A stretch of 28,651 nucleotides of DNA from a bacterium. Lineage in GTDB: Bacteria; CALINM01. The translations under genes were made by a program, and so were the position numbers. A model generated the notes under the pieces. That model was not told the origin of the DNA, made no database searches, and was given only the letters and a program-made list of their open reading frames with translations. This document shows, one piece after another, positions 28,000-28,651 of the stretch. How positions within the stretch are numbered: the stretch's first letter is position 1; every line of letters begins with the position of its first letter. Location: contig JBEQAF010000021.1 of the NCBI GenBank assembly GCA_041640455.1, positions 1-28,651 of the forward strand, given 5' to 3'.

Positions 28000-28028
28000 A
28001 TTCTATTATTAACAAGCTTTTTTTTCAA
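28000..28028 (-). promoter_or_regulatory. Sigma70 promoter giving a probably leaderless tatBC mRNA
   Basis: TTGAAA-17 nt-TAGAAT-6 nt-ATG; no SD sequence. Confidence 0.6.
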
Positions 28029-28083
28029 GAAAAGATTTAAAATTAGCCCAAAGATGTTATAAAATGATCTGATCGGAGGCTAA

Positions 28084-28651
28084 ATGATTTCTGAGAAAGA
28101 GGCGCTTGAACTGTTGACCAATGAAGACTTTATCAGGCTGGGGAAAAGAGCCTGTGAGATTAGATTTAAACTTAATCCAGAAAATATTGTAACCTATGTG
28201 ATAGATAGGAATATCAATTATACTAACATATGTGAGAGCGGTTGCAAGTTCTGTGCCTTTTATAGAAAAGAGGGTGATAAAGATGCCTATCTGCTGTCCC
28301 ATGAAGAGATATTAAGAAAGGTTGATGAGCTTGTATCCTGCGGCGGAACACAGCTTCTCATTCAGGGAGGACTTCATCCCCATATCCAGATCAGCTACAT
28401 TACAGAGCTTTTTAAAAAAATCAAGGATAGTCATCCGTCGGTAATTATTCATTCTCTGTCACCAGCGGAGGTTATTCATCTTGCCCGAAAAACAGGTATT
28501 TCTATCAGAGAAACATTGATAATGTTAAAAGAAGCAGGGCTTGAATCACTACCGGGAGGTGGCGCCGAAATTCTTGTAGACGAGGTAAGAAAGGAGATTA
28601 GTCCAAAAAAAATAGGCTATGCCGAATGGGAAAGTGTGATGCGTGAAGCAA
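28084..28651 (+). CDS. mqnC: Cyclic dehypoxanthine futalosine synthase (radical SAM, futalosine menaquinone pathway), 3' truncated by window edge
   Basis: Not in the ORF track because it has no stop in the window. GGAGG RBS then MISEKEALELL...VTYVIDRNINYTNICESGCKFCAF...QGGLHP...SLPGGGAEIL. Confidence 0.88.
   Translation, partial: MISEKEALELLTNEDFIRLGKRACEIRFKLNPENIVTYVIDRNINYTNICESGCKFCAFYRKEGDKDAYLLSHEEILRKVDELVSCGGTQLLIQGGLHPHIQISYITELFKKIKDSHPSVIIHSLSPAEVIHLARKTGISIRETLIMLKEAGLESLPGGGAEILVDEVRKEISPKKIGYAEWESVMREA

Noticed and set aside
202..28302. The many 60-126-aa ORFs antisense to or nested in the called genes (e.g. 1411..1770, 4649..5029, 8623..8928, 11472..11801, 14754..15074, 22504..22785, 26440..26763, 28057..28302)
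   Set aside because: They overlap well-supported genes almost entirely and show no recognisable motifs; these are expected shadow ORFs.
26958..28651. tatBC and mqnC as part of the respiratory island
   Set aside because: They are functionally compatible (Tat export, menaquinone) but separated from the island by M23-secA-argJ, with ordinary sigma70-type signals; proximity is probably coincidental.
1..28651. CRISPR arrays, tRNA/rRNA genes, integrase or transposase genes, selenocysteine recoding
   Set aside because: No spaced direct repeats, RNA-gene signatures or recombinase ORFs were seen by eye, and both catalytic subunits are uninterrupted with Cys at the presumed Mo-ligand position.

Overview
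AT-rich bacterial DNA, probably from an anaerobe of Desulfobacterota/Nitrospirota type; this is inferred from the M23-secA-argJ synteny, futalosine-pathway mqnC and sigma54 control. Both flanks are housekeeping. Left: argD(partial)-argF-argG-argH plus an uncalled 41-aa LptM/YifL-like lipoprotein. Right: M23 peptidase-secA-argJ, convergent tatB-tatC and partial mqnC. Between them lies a ~17.7-kb minus-strand block with two parallel metalloid-respiration modules. The first is arrX-arrS-arrR / arrA-arrB-arrD, a clear respiratory arsenate reductase. The second has the order X-S-R / B-A-D around a divergent DMSO-reductase-family enzyme, matching the anrXSRBAD antimonate reductase cluster; that call rests on gene order and motifs and needs phylogeny. 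Each module has its own periplasmic binding protein, sensor kinase, sigma54 activator, sigma54 promoter with an identically placed IHF-like box, and a hairpin just before its TorD-type chaperone. Unusual details: ArrX has two binding domains (an AioX-type Cys domain fused to an AnrX-like domain); the putative AnrA has Asp in place of an Fe-S Cys and an acidic pocket; neither module has a quinol-oxidising anchor; an orphan ribosome-binding site sits in the arrA leader; a small MobB-C-terminus-like tandem-repeat protein lies between the modules; and a ~300-bp segment bounded by 21-bp inverted repeats marks the island's right edge.
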